DNA from: a virus
Taxonomy: Duplodnaviria; Caudoviricetes
DNA: 64,000 nt
IMG/VR virus record: IMGVR_UViG_2974623408_000001
Location: 58,564 to 122,563 of that record
Reading direction: 5' to 3' (one strand)
Part shown: one piece after another, positions 9,194-18,610 of the stretch
Position numbering within the stretch: position 1 is the stretch's first letter
How the letters are laid out: every line of letters starts with the position of its first letter
The notes under the pieces: model-generated
Seen by the model: only the letters and a program-made list of their open reading frames with translations
What the model was told of the DNA's origin: nothing
Database searches by the model: none
Program-made: the position numbers and the translations under genes

Positions 9194-10509
9194 TATATTG
9201 CCTCTCGTATGTCAAATGTCTGGTCGTGCACTGTGTTCTTCGTGTGGTCCCATTCGATTTCCCACCGCGCGGTGTGCTTGTACGCGTTGGTGATGTCCAC
9301 TTTGCGTTCGCGATCACCAATTTCTTCACCGAGGATTGTACCTGGTGTGCCCATGAACGCAGCGTGCACCCACGTCCCCAGCCATCGTCCAGCGTCCACT
9401 GGTACGCCCTTGCCTGGACACGCGGAGAGTTTCTTGTACTCACGTGCGGGCCACAACGTCCAAGTGTCAGGGAAACCCTGCAATCTGAAACACTCTCGGT
9501 GTGTGAGTAGACGGTCCTCAGCGTAATGCACTGACATCGTTGGACCGGACCCTGTTACCACACGTCCCATCTTATCAGGATTCCACATCATGGTCTGATT
9601 CATGCCCATGCTGAACCCCTTGGCCACCAGCTTGTCTACCTGACGCTGCCATTCGTGTGGCAACGGAATGCCTGCCCTGTACACCGCGCGCAACGCATCC
9701 TCGGTTGCCATGTCTGGCACCCACGGTACTCCTGCTGCGCGAGTCTTTTCCATGAGCTCCTGGTACCACGCTGACTGTCGCACGGTGAAGTGTCCATCAA
9801 CACCGTCAGGTGCACGACGCGGCAACGACCACCATGTAGGTGGTCGCTTATACTGTTGCTTGGCTGTGCTCATCGTCAGCCCTTCAAGGTCACGCACGCA
9901 GTCGCCGAAACGTGTAGTTCGTTCTGGCTGTGCGTATTCCACACCAAAGGGGATACGGCTGTACACCACGAACACACGACGACGAACGGACGCACCACCG
10001 AGACTGGCGTTCGACTGCATCAACCAGATCAGGTCGTACTTCTTGCCAGTCTCTTCCTCTAACCGTGCTCTCGCATCAACGTAGTACTGACGCCCAGTGG
10101 TGAATGCCTGTTGAACCGACTCGATCGCGATGATGTCAGGCGACTTACGCATGAACGTAGCGTAATCGAAGACCTCGTCAGTGCACGCCATAACCTTTGC
10201 GCCAGCACCTCGAAGATCTTTCCGAGTAAGCGTAGACCACGCGCTACAAGGAGGGTTGGCAGTGATAAAAGGTGCTGAATGTCTCTGCCATTTGCGTGTG
10301 TCTTTGGTGAAATTGTCTTCCCAATCCCATCCGAGTAGGCGACGATTACCACGAACGACTGGCGCACCCAGGTCGAGTGATCCTGTACGGTGCACCAGTC
10401 GAAAGTCGTTGGAACTCTGGACGATACCCAGCTCCATGCCGCCACCCAAACCGTTGACGGCAACCATATCAATTGTCACTGGGCCACACCTGATCCATTC
10501 CGTGTCCAA
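9193..10509 (-). CDS. Divergent DNA cytosine-5 methyltransferase-like protein
   Basis: NPPCSAWS (motif IV), IESV (ENV-like), RRRVF (motif VIII), RLLTHRECFRLQGFPD (IX/X); motif I degenerate (VNGLGGG). Confidence 0.8.
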   Translation of the reverse strand: MDTEWIRCGPVTIDMVAVNGLGGGMELGIVQSSNDFRLVHRTGSLDLGAPVVRGNRRLLGWDWEDNFTKDTRKWQRHSAPFITANPPCSAWSTLTRKDLRGAGAKVMACTDEVFDYATFMRKSPDIIAIESVQQAFTTGRQYYVDARARLEEETGKKYDLIWLMQSNASLGGASVRRRVFVVYSRIPFGVEYAQPERTTRFGDCVRDLEGLTMSTAKQQYKRPPTWWSLPRRAPDGVDGHFTVRQSAWYQELMEKTRAAGVPWVPDMATEDALRAVYRAGIPLPHEWQRQVDKLVAKGFSMGMNQTMMWNPDKMGRVVTGSGPTMSVHYAEDRLLTHRECFRLQGFPDTWTLWPAREYKKLSACPGKGVPVDAGRWLGTWVHAAFMGTPGTILGEEIGDRERKVDITNAYKHTARWEIEWDHTKNTVHDQTFDIREAI

Positions 10510-10735
10510 TCATTACGCAACAACCTGCTATAGCTGCGAGCACAGCCACAACGCACAACCACACCAGCGTTATCTTACGTGTGTACTTCCAGTAACTGAT
10601 GTCTGGATCACCGCAGGTGCAACGGTCTTCTTTTCGCCATCTCGCGTGCTTGTCAACGTGGTTCATGTGCGCTATCATCATGATAAACAGCCACAGAGCG
10701 ATCAATAACGGCGTTGCACCTGCGATAATCCAAAT
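10469..10735 (-). CDS. Small two-TM membrane protein
   Basis: Two hydrophobic helices around a CxC loop. Confidence 0.5.
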   Translation of the reverse strand: MWIIAGATPLLIALWLFIMMIAHMNHVDKHARWRKEDRCTCGDPDISYWKYTRKITLVWLCVVAVLAAIAGCCVMIGHGMDQVWPSDN

Positions 10736-10739
10736 CATC

Positions 10740-11333
10740 TTATTGTCCTGGTAATTTCTCGTCGAGACCAAGCTCGAGTTCCTTGGTCTTACCGCACGAT
10801 GAACATGCAATCACATGGTGCATGTACATGGAACCATCATCCGAATGCATCGCACGCTGTGACATCCACGTGTACGCACCTGGACGATCTAGCTCACGAC
10901 GACATCCGTTGCAGCGGTTGTTATTTGCGCTGTAACCTGACGCTTGACGTGCGCGGTTACGCTCTACCTTCTCGGCGTAGGCGTCCCAGTATTCTTCGTC
11001 AGTTGCACCAGCTGCCAGTAGCGCGTTCGCAACAAAATGGTTGACGTCCACCATTTCACCGATGAACTTCGCTTTGTTGACTTCACCTGGTTCGTCCTTG
11101 GACCAAGGCTTCCAGTTGACCTCATCAAGAGCCTCAACCAATTCCGCTACGGCTGCAAGGATGTTCGTCCGGAAAGCCTCAGCTCTTGCTACGCCCTCGA
11201 GTGCTCCCCAGTCCCTTCCGTACGCTTCCTTTTGCAGTCGATCGGTTTCGCTTAGCCACTTTGCTGGGTCCACTGGACTCTCCCTTGGGTCGTACCGCGT
11301 TGATGAGTGCGTCCCAGGTGTCAATGTGTCCAT
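10740..11333 (-). CDS. All-alpha dCTP/dUTP pyrophosphatase (T4 gp56-like) with C-terminal Zn ribbon
   Basis: ELVE..WKPWS..EMVD..HF..Y.EK..RN..RQ..GY pattern; CxxC...CxxC tail. Confidence 0.8.
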   Translation of the reverse strand: MDTLTPGTHSSTRYDPRESPVDPAKWLSETDRLQKEAYGRDWGALEGVARAEAFRTNILAAVAELVEALDEVNWKPWSKDEPGEVNKAKFIGEMVDVNHFVANALLAAGATDEEYWDAYAEKVERNRARQASGYSANNNRCNGCRRELDRPGAYTWMSQRAMHSDDGSMYMHHVIACSSCGKTKELELGLDEKLPGQ

Positions 11334-11547
11334 GGCTCTTGCCCGTCATGAGCTTTGCCAGCGTGTTCGGATTAATGCCCGAACGCTTGCTCAGCTCCGA
11401 CTTCGAGATACCTTCTCGCTGCATGCCGTTCACGACAAGCTCCACGAGTAGTTGTTGCAGCGACGACACAGATTCCGCATACTTTTCTTGCCGACCACGT
11501 CGGTACGCAGCAGTCTGTGACTTGTACTCGCTGATGTGCTTCGCCAT
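11179..11547 (-). CDS. XRE-type HTH DNA-binding protein
   Basis: GISKSELSKRSGINPNTLAKLMTG. Confidence 0.75.
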   Translation of the reverse strand: MAKHISEYKSQTAAYRRGRQEKYAESVSSLQQLLVELVVNGMQREGISKSELSKRSGINPNTLAKLMTGKSHGHIDTWDALINAVRPKGESSGPSKVAKRNRSTAKGSVRKGLGSTRGRSKS

Positions 11548-11559
11548 TATTCTATCTTT

Positions 11560-12816
11560 CTAATCTACCGATAATTTCAAAGCTTGAAGATACGCCTTCG
11601 CCGCACGTCGCGGGTCGTGTGCCTCTTCAAGTATTTTCCTGTTGCTCTTCGCTTCCCATGTTACACTCTCGGGAATAGGAGCTACCGTATCCAGCTTTGG
11701 TTTCGATGCCATGTCGCGCATCACCTCAGCCAGCGGTGCGTACGTAGTTTTGTACGCGTCAGGTCTCAGATCAGCTCGGATCGCACGCGCACCGCGCATG
11801 ATCTTGTAGCTGTGTTCAGGCATGGGTGTGACCGCTGGTCGTTTCTCGCCGTACATGTAGTCCGGCCAGTCGTTAGGTGCGATCACATTCATGCCTGTTT
11901 CGAGTGCTTCCATTGTCGAATACTCTAGATGCTCGGCGCCGTACTTCCACGGTGTGCAGTTGACGAACGTCGATGCAGACAACAGTACACCTTTCCGCTG
12001 AGCAGGTTTGAACTCCCCGGTGTAGACGAGGGTGGATTCACTGCCAGGATGAGTTGCAGACCACTTGCCGCACATCCACTTCGCAGCGACACCCTTCTCA
12101 CGTTCACGGGTGACGTGCCATCCCCACTCTTCGAGCATCAAAGACACATGCCCGATCTGAGGTCCACCTGGCATTTCCATGGGAGAGCCTGCGATTCGTC
12201 CCCAGTACGCTTTGTCAGGAGTGATTTCTGTGAGTCTGTGCATCGCGCACGCGAACGCCACGACGCCCTTCGACGGGCTGGTTCTGCCTGCGAACAGGAA
12301 GTCGTATGGTCTACCCTGGATTGGTGTGTAATGGTTTCGCAGATCAAGGTTTACAGTCCACGGCAGTACCGTCTGTTCCCAGTGGCAGTCGTCCCAAATA
12401 CGGGCGGACGGCCAGAAATGCACGTACGATCCACACCATGCTGGCGCTAACTTGGTGCGTTCGTGTCGTTCACGCACGTTGGCTGTGGCTGAGTTACAGT
12501 GGTTGGCTGATACCCATTTGGGAATGTCAGGGTTCGTCAACAACACGTCAAGAAGATCGCTCTTGCACCCGTAGAACGTGTCGGAAAGGATGAGCCCATC
12601 GTACTGTTGCAGTGCGCCAACGATGTCGTCCTTCTTACCGAGAATGATTGGGTCGAAACCCAAGTCGTCCGACTCTGCACGGTAGATACGTCGAGTGTCT
12701 GGTGCGAGAATGTCGAACTCGATGTCCATCGCCTGCAGACCTGACTGCAGATACCAGAGTGCTGTGCGTGAACCGCCAGCATCCACAGGGGACATCAACA
12801 CCAGACCGATCTTCAT
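11560..12816 (-). CDS. GT-B fold glycosyltransferase
   Basis: N-terminal DAGGS; FAGRTSPSKGV; EHLEYSTMEALETG (Ex7E). Confidence 0.85.
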   Translation of the reverse strand: MKIGLVLMSPVDAGGSRTALWYLQSGLQAMDIEFDILAPDTRRIYRAESDDLGFDPIILGKKDDIVGALQQYDGLILSDTFYGCKSDLLDVLLTNPDIPKWVSANHCNSATANVRERHERTKLAPAWCGSYVHFWPSARIWDDCHWEQTVLPWTVNLDLRNHYTPIQGRPYDFLFAGRTSPSKGVVAFACAMHRLTEITPDKAYWGRIAGSPMEMPGGPQIGHVSLMLEEWGWHVTREREKGVAAKWMCGKWSATHPGSESTLVYTGEFKPAQRKGVLLSASTFVNCTPWKYGAEHLEYSTMEALETGMNVIAPNDWPDYMYGEKRPAVTPMPEHSYKIMRGARAIRADLRPDAYKTTYAPLAEVMRDMASKPKLDTVAPIPESVTWEAKSNRKILEEAHDPRRAAKAYLQALKLSVD

Positions 12817-13526
12817 ACCTTGCCGTTCTCTCTTGCTCTGCCGTTCACGTCTGACACGCTACCGCTCAGCTGTGTCACAATCTGCGGCGCGCATCTGTAC
12901 GATGGCGTGTAGTCGAACAGACCGTGCCATGCATCATCGGACGTGGCGTCTTCCTTCTGGTACAGTGCCAGCAGATACTCAGCAGCTGGACGTGTCAGCT
13001 CGTAGCAGTGTGCACCGTAGTACGCACTCCTACCATTCAACTGCTTCCACGAACCTTGTCCACCACTGGCCCACTGATCGTCATCCGATTTGAAGCCGAG
13101 CATCAGCAGTCCACCCCAGCCAACAAATCCAGCGTTCTCAGGTGGCGTGTCGATACGGATGAACATGTCCGTGCGGATCGCGGCGTCGTCCTCCATGATC
13201 ACGAACCGCTCGTAACCGAATTCCAAACCTTCTTGCACCGCTCTGGCATGGGCGCGGAGTACACCCAGACACCCTGCCGAGTGTTGCAGTATCTTGTCGC
13301 TATAGCTGGTTCGTGGTGGTGACCCGTGTCGCTTGTGCAGTCGTTTGCGCGTGAACTCTTCGAGTTCGTCTCGACTAAACTCAGAGCCTTCCACCCCGGG
13401 TACACGGTAGGTCTGTGCAGTCCAACCCCAAGTGCTGCGTCGATCCATGAACGCTTGACGTTTGTCGCTGCGTGAGTCGAGGTTGATCCAGAACAACGGA
13501 AGGTCAGTCAATCGAGACTGATTCAC
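12813..13526 (-). CDS. GT25-like (GT-A) glycosyltransferase
   Basis: INLDSRSDKR, GCL..LRAH, IMEDDA, GAHCY motifs. Confidence 0.85.
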   Translation of the reverse strand: MNQSRLTDLPLFWINLDSRSDKRQAFMDRRSTWGWTAQTYRVPGVEGSEFSRDELEEFTRKRLHKRHGSPPRTSYSDKILQHSAGCLGVLRAHARAVQEGLEFGYERFVIMEDDAAIRTDMFIRIDTPPENAGFVGWGGLLMLGFKSDDDQWASGGQGSWKQLNGRSAYYGAHCYELTRPAAEYLLALYQKEDATSDDAWHGLFDYTPSYRCAPQIVTQLSGSVSDVNGRARENGKV

Positions 13527-14533
13527 AGCAAGCCCTCCAGTACCTCGATAACGTGCTGCTTGGTGGTGTACTCGGTGAGCAACAGTTCAGCCTGTTGTTT
13601 CGCCAGGTCCTCACGTTGTCCGGCGTGCATCGTCTCGACAGTCTGCGGTAGAGCCTCGAACGGAGGACCGAACTCAGGTCCCAGCACACGCCAGTTGGCG
13701 CACACTGGTATGCCAGCACGTGCAGCCAGGAAGAGCTCTGGTGACCACGTAGACCCCGGGATCAGGCATCCCCAGGCATGTTCGAGCACGTCCCACGCTG
13801 TGCGAGGCACGAACTCGACGGGCCACTCGAACTCACCCCATTCTTTGACCGTCGCCTCTGGTTGATGCAGTGTGCCCCAGTACGGATCGTCACCTGGGCT
13901 ACTCTCCAGCTCGCGACCGAACATCACCGAGGGGTCGAACGTCACAGTGTTGAACGCAGCAGCGTTACAGATCTTCTGGCTCGCCGCGAAACCCAAGTCG
14001 AACGTCCACGCCGGCACGAGCATTGGTGGGTACCAGTCCCAGTCACCGTGCAGCATGTCGATCGCTTGCAGGTGTTTGCCCAGCAGCGCTGGATCACCCA
14101 CAAGCATATGGTATTCTTTGCGATAGCTGAAAAACGGCTTGGTGTACTGCATCGGGTTCGTGGTGATTGTACGAATCTCGCTGCCGATCTTGCCTGTGCC
14201 CGTGTCATCCAGGTAGAGACACAACCTGTCGCTGTCCACCTCGAGTGTGTCTACGATGGCATCCATGGCACCGTACGCGTAACCGCAGCCGAGACCTTTG
14301 AGCGGCCCGATCCCGACGAAGACTTTGTCGAAACCTTTGATGTCATGTTCCTCTGTCAACGAGTACGGACGCACATCCACTATGTGCCCGCGATCACGCA
14401 GCGCAGAAGCCATGGCACCAGCCACTGTGAGTCCAGTTTTCTTACTGGACTCGTGTGTCTGACCAGCTGTCATGCCTGTGACAAGGACTTTAGACAACGC
14501 TTTCCTCGCAATCACCACGGTGCCAGCCACCAC
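13523..14533 (-). CDS. Putative glycosyltransferase-like protein (paralog of 14683..15762)
   Basis: KVLVTG and FVGIGP..G..Y..GAMDA shared with the neighbouring ORF; operon context. Confidence 0.55.
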   Translation of the reverse strand: MVAGTVVIARKALSKVLVTGMTAGQTHESSKKTGLTVAGAMASALRDRGHIVDVRPYSLTEEHDIKGFDKVFVGIGPLKGLGCGYAYGAMDAIVDTLEVDSDRLCLYLDDTGTGKIGSEIRTITTNPMQYTKPFFSYRKEYHMLVGDPALLGKHLQAIDMLHGDWDWYPPMLVPAWTFDLGFAASQKICNAAAFNTVTFDPSVMFGRELESSPGDDPYWGTLHQPEATVKEWGEFEWPVEFVPRTAWDVLEHAWGCLIPGSTWSPELFLAARAGIPVCANWRVLGPEFGPPFEALPQTVETMHAGQREDLAKQQAELLLTEYTTKQHVIEVLEGLL

Positions 14534-14682
14534 CGAGACCGCACTCCTCGCACGCTGTGTCCTTGTCGTTCATGGACATATACAAGTCCTCATGTGCTTG
14601 AACCGCAGCAGCCCGTTCTTTCTCAGTGCGATCGCACTCGTGATCGTGATCCGGGCATCCGTAACACGCGCAACAATAATCG

Positions 14683-15762
14683 TCAGATGACATCGATATC
14701 TGCTTTAGCCCGCAGGTAGGCCTCTTCGAGTTTCTGCAGAACAGAAGCCTCGGGTTCGATACGTGCTTCATATTGAGCACGTTGTGCGTACGCTGTATCC
14801 AGAAGCTGGTTGTCGTTCATTGCTTCCAGATCGGCACACGATAGTCCGTACGCGTCACCGATGATCGATAACTCAGCTGGGTCACCGATCGTGATGGCAC
14901 CTGCACGGCTGATGAAATCGTACCGTGTTCTCCACCATCCCGTGTTGTACATCGGTGTGCGTGTGCACACACCAGCCCAGCTTGTACGGTACAGTTCGTT
15001 GATCTGTTTCTCGGTGGGGCGTGTCACCGTGGTGCGCTCAGAATCCTTGCCGTGCGTGGCCTTGCTGCCGAAGTCGTTGACCTCCCAGCCCATGCCCAGC
15101 TCTGAGATGTACTTGCTGTAGTCACCCAGTGCAGCCACGGTGTACTTGCGTTCCTTGATGCTCCAGTCTGGCTCTGGAATGTCCCACGTGGCGGTCGTCA
15201 CAGACGTCGGATCGAGTGTGCAGATACGTCGTGCAGGTATGTGCGAACTGATCTTCGTTCCGTCACGTGACGGATCGGTGTGCCACGTCTGCATCGGCAC
15301 CAGTGTCTCGGGCCACGGCCGGTCACGAAAGTTGACCAGGATATCCCGCAAGTAATCGATGTGGTGGGCACCCCAGGTGAAGTCAGTTCGGTTGAACAGG
15401 AACTGCTTCGTAATGTTGTGCGGGTACTTGATCACCGTAGCGATACTCGTCTTGAGCAGGTGTGTCTGCCAGTCGGTCACGTAGAACAACAGCGCGCAGT
15501 TATGCTGACGTGCCTTGGCCACAGCGTCCAGCGCCCCGATGAAGTACCGCGAACCGACAGCGTTGAACGGACCCAATCCGACGAACATGAGATCGGCAGC
15601 ATCCAGATCGTCGTCGTTCGTGGCGACCATCATCGGCTGGTGTGAAACTTCCCAGCCCATCTTTCTGCCAGCACGGACGAGACCTAGAGGTAGTGACTCG
15701 TACCCGACGCGCGAGTTACCGCGCGCCGCGTCAGCTGAAAACCCGGTGACAATCGCTTTCAC
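14683..15762 (-). CDS. Putative glycosyltransferase-like protein (possibly T4 BGT-like fold)
   Basis: KAIVTG, FVGLGP..G..Y..GALDA, GWWRTRY; first gene of the GT operon. Confidence 0.55.
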   Translation of the reverse strand: MKAIVTGFSADAARGNSRVGYESLPLGLVRAGRKMGWEVSHQPMMVATNDDDLDAADLMFVGLGPFNAVGSRYFIGALDAVAKARQHNCALLFYVTDWQTHLLKTSIATVIKYPHNITKQFLFNRTDFTWGAHHIDYLRDILVNFRDRPWPETLVPMQTWHTDPSRDGTKISSHIPARRICTLDPTSVTTATWDIPEPDWSIKERKYTVAALGDYSKYISELGMGWEVNDFGSKATHGKDSERTTVTRPTEKQINELYRTSWAGVCTRTPMYNTGWWRTRYDFISRAGAITIGDPAELSIIGDAYGLSCADLEAMNDNQLLDTAYAQRAQYEARIEPEASVLQKLEEAYLRAKADIDVI

Positions 15763-15763
15763 T

Positions 15764-16033
15764 TTAGTCCTTGTTGTCGGCTGGCTTCGCGACCTTCTGA
15801 ACGATGGTGACGAACTGATCGACCGCCTGGAGTGCTTCTCTGGCGTCGAACCTCGGGATGAACGGATCGCTCCACGGGTTACGAGTGTTGTCGAACGGAC
15901 CCTTGAACGGACCTGGGTTCTTGCGTTCGAGTTCGGCGATGCGGCTCAGCATCTTGGTCTGCGAGACCTGTAGATTGAACAGCTGCTCTTCCAGCTTGCG
16001 AATCTTCTTCTGCAACTTTTTCTTGGATGACAT
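15764..16033 (-). CDS. Small coiled-coil hypothetical protein
   Basis: MSSKKKLQKK with AAGGAG RBS. Confidence 0.6.
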   Translation of the reverse strand: MSSKKKLQKKIRKLEEQLFNLQVSQTKMLSRIAELERKNPGPFKGPFDNTRNPWSDPFIPRFDAREALQAVDQFVTIVQKVAKPADNKD

Positions 16034-16077
16034 TGTTTCTCCTTGGTCGATGTCTAGGTTCATTGTAACCAAGAAAA

Positions 16078-16099
16078 CCCGTGCTGTAAACAGCACGGG
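16078..16099 (-). terminator. Intrinsic terminator
   Basis: CCCGTGCTG-TAAA-CAGCACGGG hairpin followed by TTTTCTT on the minus strand. Confidence 0.7.
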
Positions 16100-16213
16100 C
16101 CTTCCAGGTTCCTAGAAACTATCTCCACATCACCATTCTCCACAGTACAGTGGCAACTGCACCAGCGAGTGCGGACAACGACGCGACGCCGACCCAAGCG
16201 AGTACGGTAGTCA

Positions 16214-16840
16214 TCAGTACCAGTGTCCCTGGTTGAGGTAGCCGTTCAGGGCAGCACCAGCGTGGCCCAGGTTCTTGTGGATAGGCGACGGTGAATCACA
16301 GACGATGTCGCGACCCAGGTTGCAGCGATCTGTGACAGGGATTCGACCCATCTTCATCGGACCCCACCATGTGTAGAACGGTAGATGCGGTAGTCCAGCT
16401 GCCTCAATTCCACCGTAGCCGTTGCGTGACAATGGTCGACGCGGGTTACCGTACAGGTATACATGGATGTTGTAGTTCATGCGTGGATCAGTCTGCCACC
16501 AGTCTGTGGCTCCTGTGGCTGCGCTGGCACCGAGGCTGTACGCGTAAACCTCAATGCGTGTTCCTGGGCATCGTGCGCGCAGTGCGTGCGCTTCACGGTC
16601 CAGTTTGTTGCGGGCCTCCACACGTGAGACGTTTCCTTGGAACACGTCCGCGCGATAGGTGATGTTCATACGGTTGGCGCGGTTACCGGGGACATTGGCA
16701 CTGGCTGTGTCGCCGTTACCTCCGACCGCATAGCGTTGAACGGGTTGGCATGGTGCAGCGTGCGCTTGTCCAGCTGGTACGAGTGTGAGTCCTAGAACGA
16801 TGACCAGTAGTGCAAGTGTTGACGCGATCAGACTTCTCAT
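16214..16840 (-). CDS. Secreted cutinase/PE-PPE-like serine hydrolase
   Basis: Signal peptide ending AHA; AYSLGA nucleophile elbow, YGNP, DIVC, C-terminal His. Confidence 0.8.
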   Translation of the reverse strand: MRSLIASTLALLVIVLGLTLVPAGQAHAAPCQPVQRYAVGGNGDTASANVPGNRANRMNITYRADVFQGNVSRVEARNKLDREAHALRARCPGTRIEVYAYSLGASAATGATDWWQTDPRMNYNIHVYLYGNPRRPLSRNGYGGIEAAGLPHLPFYTWWGPMKMGRIPVTDRCNLGRDIVCDSPSPIHKNLGHAGAALNGYLNQGHWY

Positions 16841-17140
16841 CGCGTGTCTCTTTCGTGTGATTGGATAACCAGGGTCCTGGTTATCGTCATCATACGATAC
16901 TTGTCAAGGCTTTGTGCTCAAGGTCACATGAGTTTTTTCTGACAGTCTGGGCATCCGCACGATTCAACGTGCCCGCACGAACAAAACAAGCAGGGTTCGT
17001 AGACTTGTAGTCTACGACCCGACGGTCCACGTAAGTATTCGAAGTGCAGATGCTGCATGAATCCGTGTTCGCAGTCACCGCATGGCATGGCGTCGCACAC
17101 GGTGCTCAATTGATCGATCACAACTTCATCCTCTGAAAGT

Positions 17141-17249
17141 GCCGGGTACTAACCCTCGTACCACCGCGGCCTGTCCCTCTGACGTTACGCGACGCGGCTA
17201 TCAGATTCTTTTTACCACGGAGCTCTGGATGGGGTTCCAGAGTACCGGC
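17141..17249 (-). ncRNA. Unidentified structured RNA at the 3' end of the tRNA island
   Basis: Terminal pairing GCCGGTACT/AGTACCCGGC; internal stems CTCTGGA/TCCAGAG, CCGTGGT/GCCGCGG, TCTGAT/GTCAGA. Confidence 0.45.
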
Positions 17250-17251
17250 TG

Positions 17252-17323
17252 TGCCAAGGGAGGGACTTGAACCCCCTGCTCTCGGGCTTCAACCGAGCGC
17301 TTTACCGTATAAGCTACCAAGGC
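17252..17323 (-). tRNA. tRNA-Phe(GAA)
   Basis: Cloverleaf; anticodon arm CTCGG-TTGAAGC-CCGAG. Confidence 0.9.
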
Positions 17324-17401
17324 TTGGGCCTCATTTAACGTCTGGGCCATGGACGGTTGCTGTTGAGGCGCGACCTCAACATGGCGTCTGCAACGAGACC
17401 G

Positions 17402-17475
17402 TGCCCCTTGGAGGATTCGAACCCCCGCGGTCCTTGGGTAGAAACCAAGCGCTCTGTCCGCTGAGCTAAAAGGGC
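17402..17475 (-). tRNA. tRNA-Arg(TCT)
   Basis: Cloverleaf; CTTGG-TTTCTAC-CCAAG. Confidence 0.9.
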
Positions 17476-17634
17476 GTATGAAATTATTCGGTGTATTGCG
17501 ACTTTACGTGACCGAACTTGTCGATGTGAGCGTGGTCATGATTCTTGCGTATTGCGCAGACACGATCTTCTACAAACGTGCCCTTGCTGGTGACCAGCTT
17601 TTCTGTCCAAGTGTATCCGCATATCTCTTCCACG

Positions 17635-17706
17635 TACCCCGGGAGAATTTCGAAATCTCGACCCGCTGGTTAAAAGCCAGCTGCTCTTCCTCTGAGCTAC
17701 CGAGGC
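17635..17706 (-). tRNA. tRNA-Lys(TTT)
   Basis: Cloverleaf; GCTGG-CTTTTAA-CCAGC. Confidence 0.9.
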
Positions 17707-17819
17707 TTGTCATGAAGTCGCGCGTTATTGCTCATTTTATAGTGATGATAGCGCGTTATTGCTACACCCGTCGGCCTTCACCGAATCACCACGACAGGCC
17801 TTCACCTGTACTTCATGAG

Positions 17820-17895
17820 AGCTCCCTGTCGGACTCGAACCGACAACCTTCGCTTTACAAGAGCACTGCTCTGGTCCAAATTGAGCTAAGGGAGC
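17820..17895 (-). tRNA. tRNA-Thr(TGT)
   Basis: Cloverleaf; loop CTTGTAA. Confidence 0.9.
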
Positions 17896-17958
17896 AAGTG
17901 CGAGGTATGCTCTCGCTTGCGAGACTTCAACTCGCTTTGCCGATTTTCACGGTCCACA

Positions 17959-18023
17959 CTCGAGAGCTACCCCAGCTTCACCCACATGGTGCAGGTGACC
18001 AGTGTCGAACTGGCTTCCTCGAA
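17959..18023 (-). ncRNA. Circularly permuted tRNA-like module (T-arm, acceptor hairpin, D-like arm)
   Basis: TCGAG-GAA-GCCAG TTCGACA CTGGT-CACCTGCA CCA TGTGGGTG-AAGCTGGGGTAGCT-CTCGA. Confidence 0.6.
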
Positions 18024-18030
18024 CTTGTCG

Positions 18031-18102
18031 TACCGCATGAGAGAATCGAACTCCCGACACTCGGTGTGTAAAACCGATGTTCTTCCACTGAACTAATGCG
18101 GC
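18031..18102 (-). tRNA. tRNA-Val(TAC)
   Basis: Cloverleaf; TCGGT-TTTACAC-ACCGA. Confidence 0.92.
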
Positions 18103-18494
18103 TTGCACAGACTTACATGACGAAGACTTGCATACTTATGCGGAAATACTCTTCCACAATCACAAGTTACAGGTCCAGCTTCGACAACGATTTGAGTTCG
18201 TTTCGAAGCTGCCTCACGTTGTCTCGCTGTGCGTTTGTCACCGTGCGCAACAGTCTTTACAACGTGACAGTCATGACATCGAACAACACATTTAGCGAGC
18301 TCAGCTTCGCGACGCGCTGCTGACCAGCTCCAAATACGATGGTCGATTTTAAGACTAGGATCGACATGATCAAGCTGTAGGTTTTCAGTTGTATTGCAAT
18401 CTACGCAGACCTTGTCAGCGAACCATTCATCACGACGGCGTGCTCGCCATTCACGCTGATACTGGCGCTGTTTATCAGGGTCTTTGTAGGCCAC
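18093..18494 (-). CDS. HNH endonuclease
   Basis: CVDC..LQLDHVDP...CVVRCHDCH; stop codon lies inside tRNA-Val. Confidence 0.88.
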   Translation of the reverse strand: MAYKDPDKQRQYQREWRARRRDEWFADKVCVDCNTTENLQLDHVDPSLKIDHRIWSWSAARREAELAKCVVRCHDCHVVKTVAHGDKRTARQREAASKRTQIVVEAGPVTCDCGRVFPHKYASLRHVSLCKPH

Positions 18495-18495
18495 G

Positions 18496-18569
18496 AACGG
18501 GTGAGGAGATTCGAACTCCCACGTTCAGTTTGGAAGACTGACATGCTAACCGTTAAACATCACACCCGC
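18496..18569 (-). tRNA. tRNA-Gly(TCC)
   Basis: Cloverleaf; TCAGT-CTTCCAA-ACTGA. Confidence 0.92.
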
Positions 18570-18610
18570 ATATTCAATTGTACCAATTAAGCGCCTCCGC
18601 TAGGAGGTCG

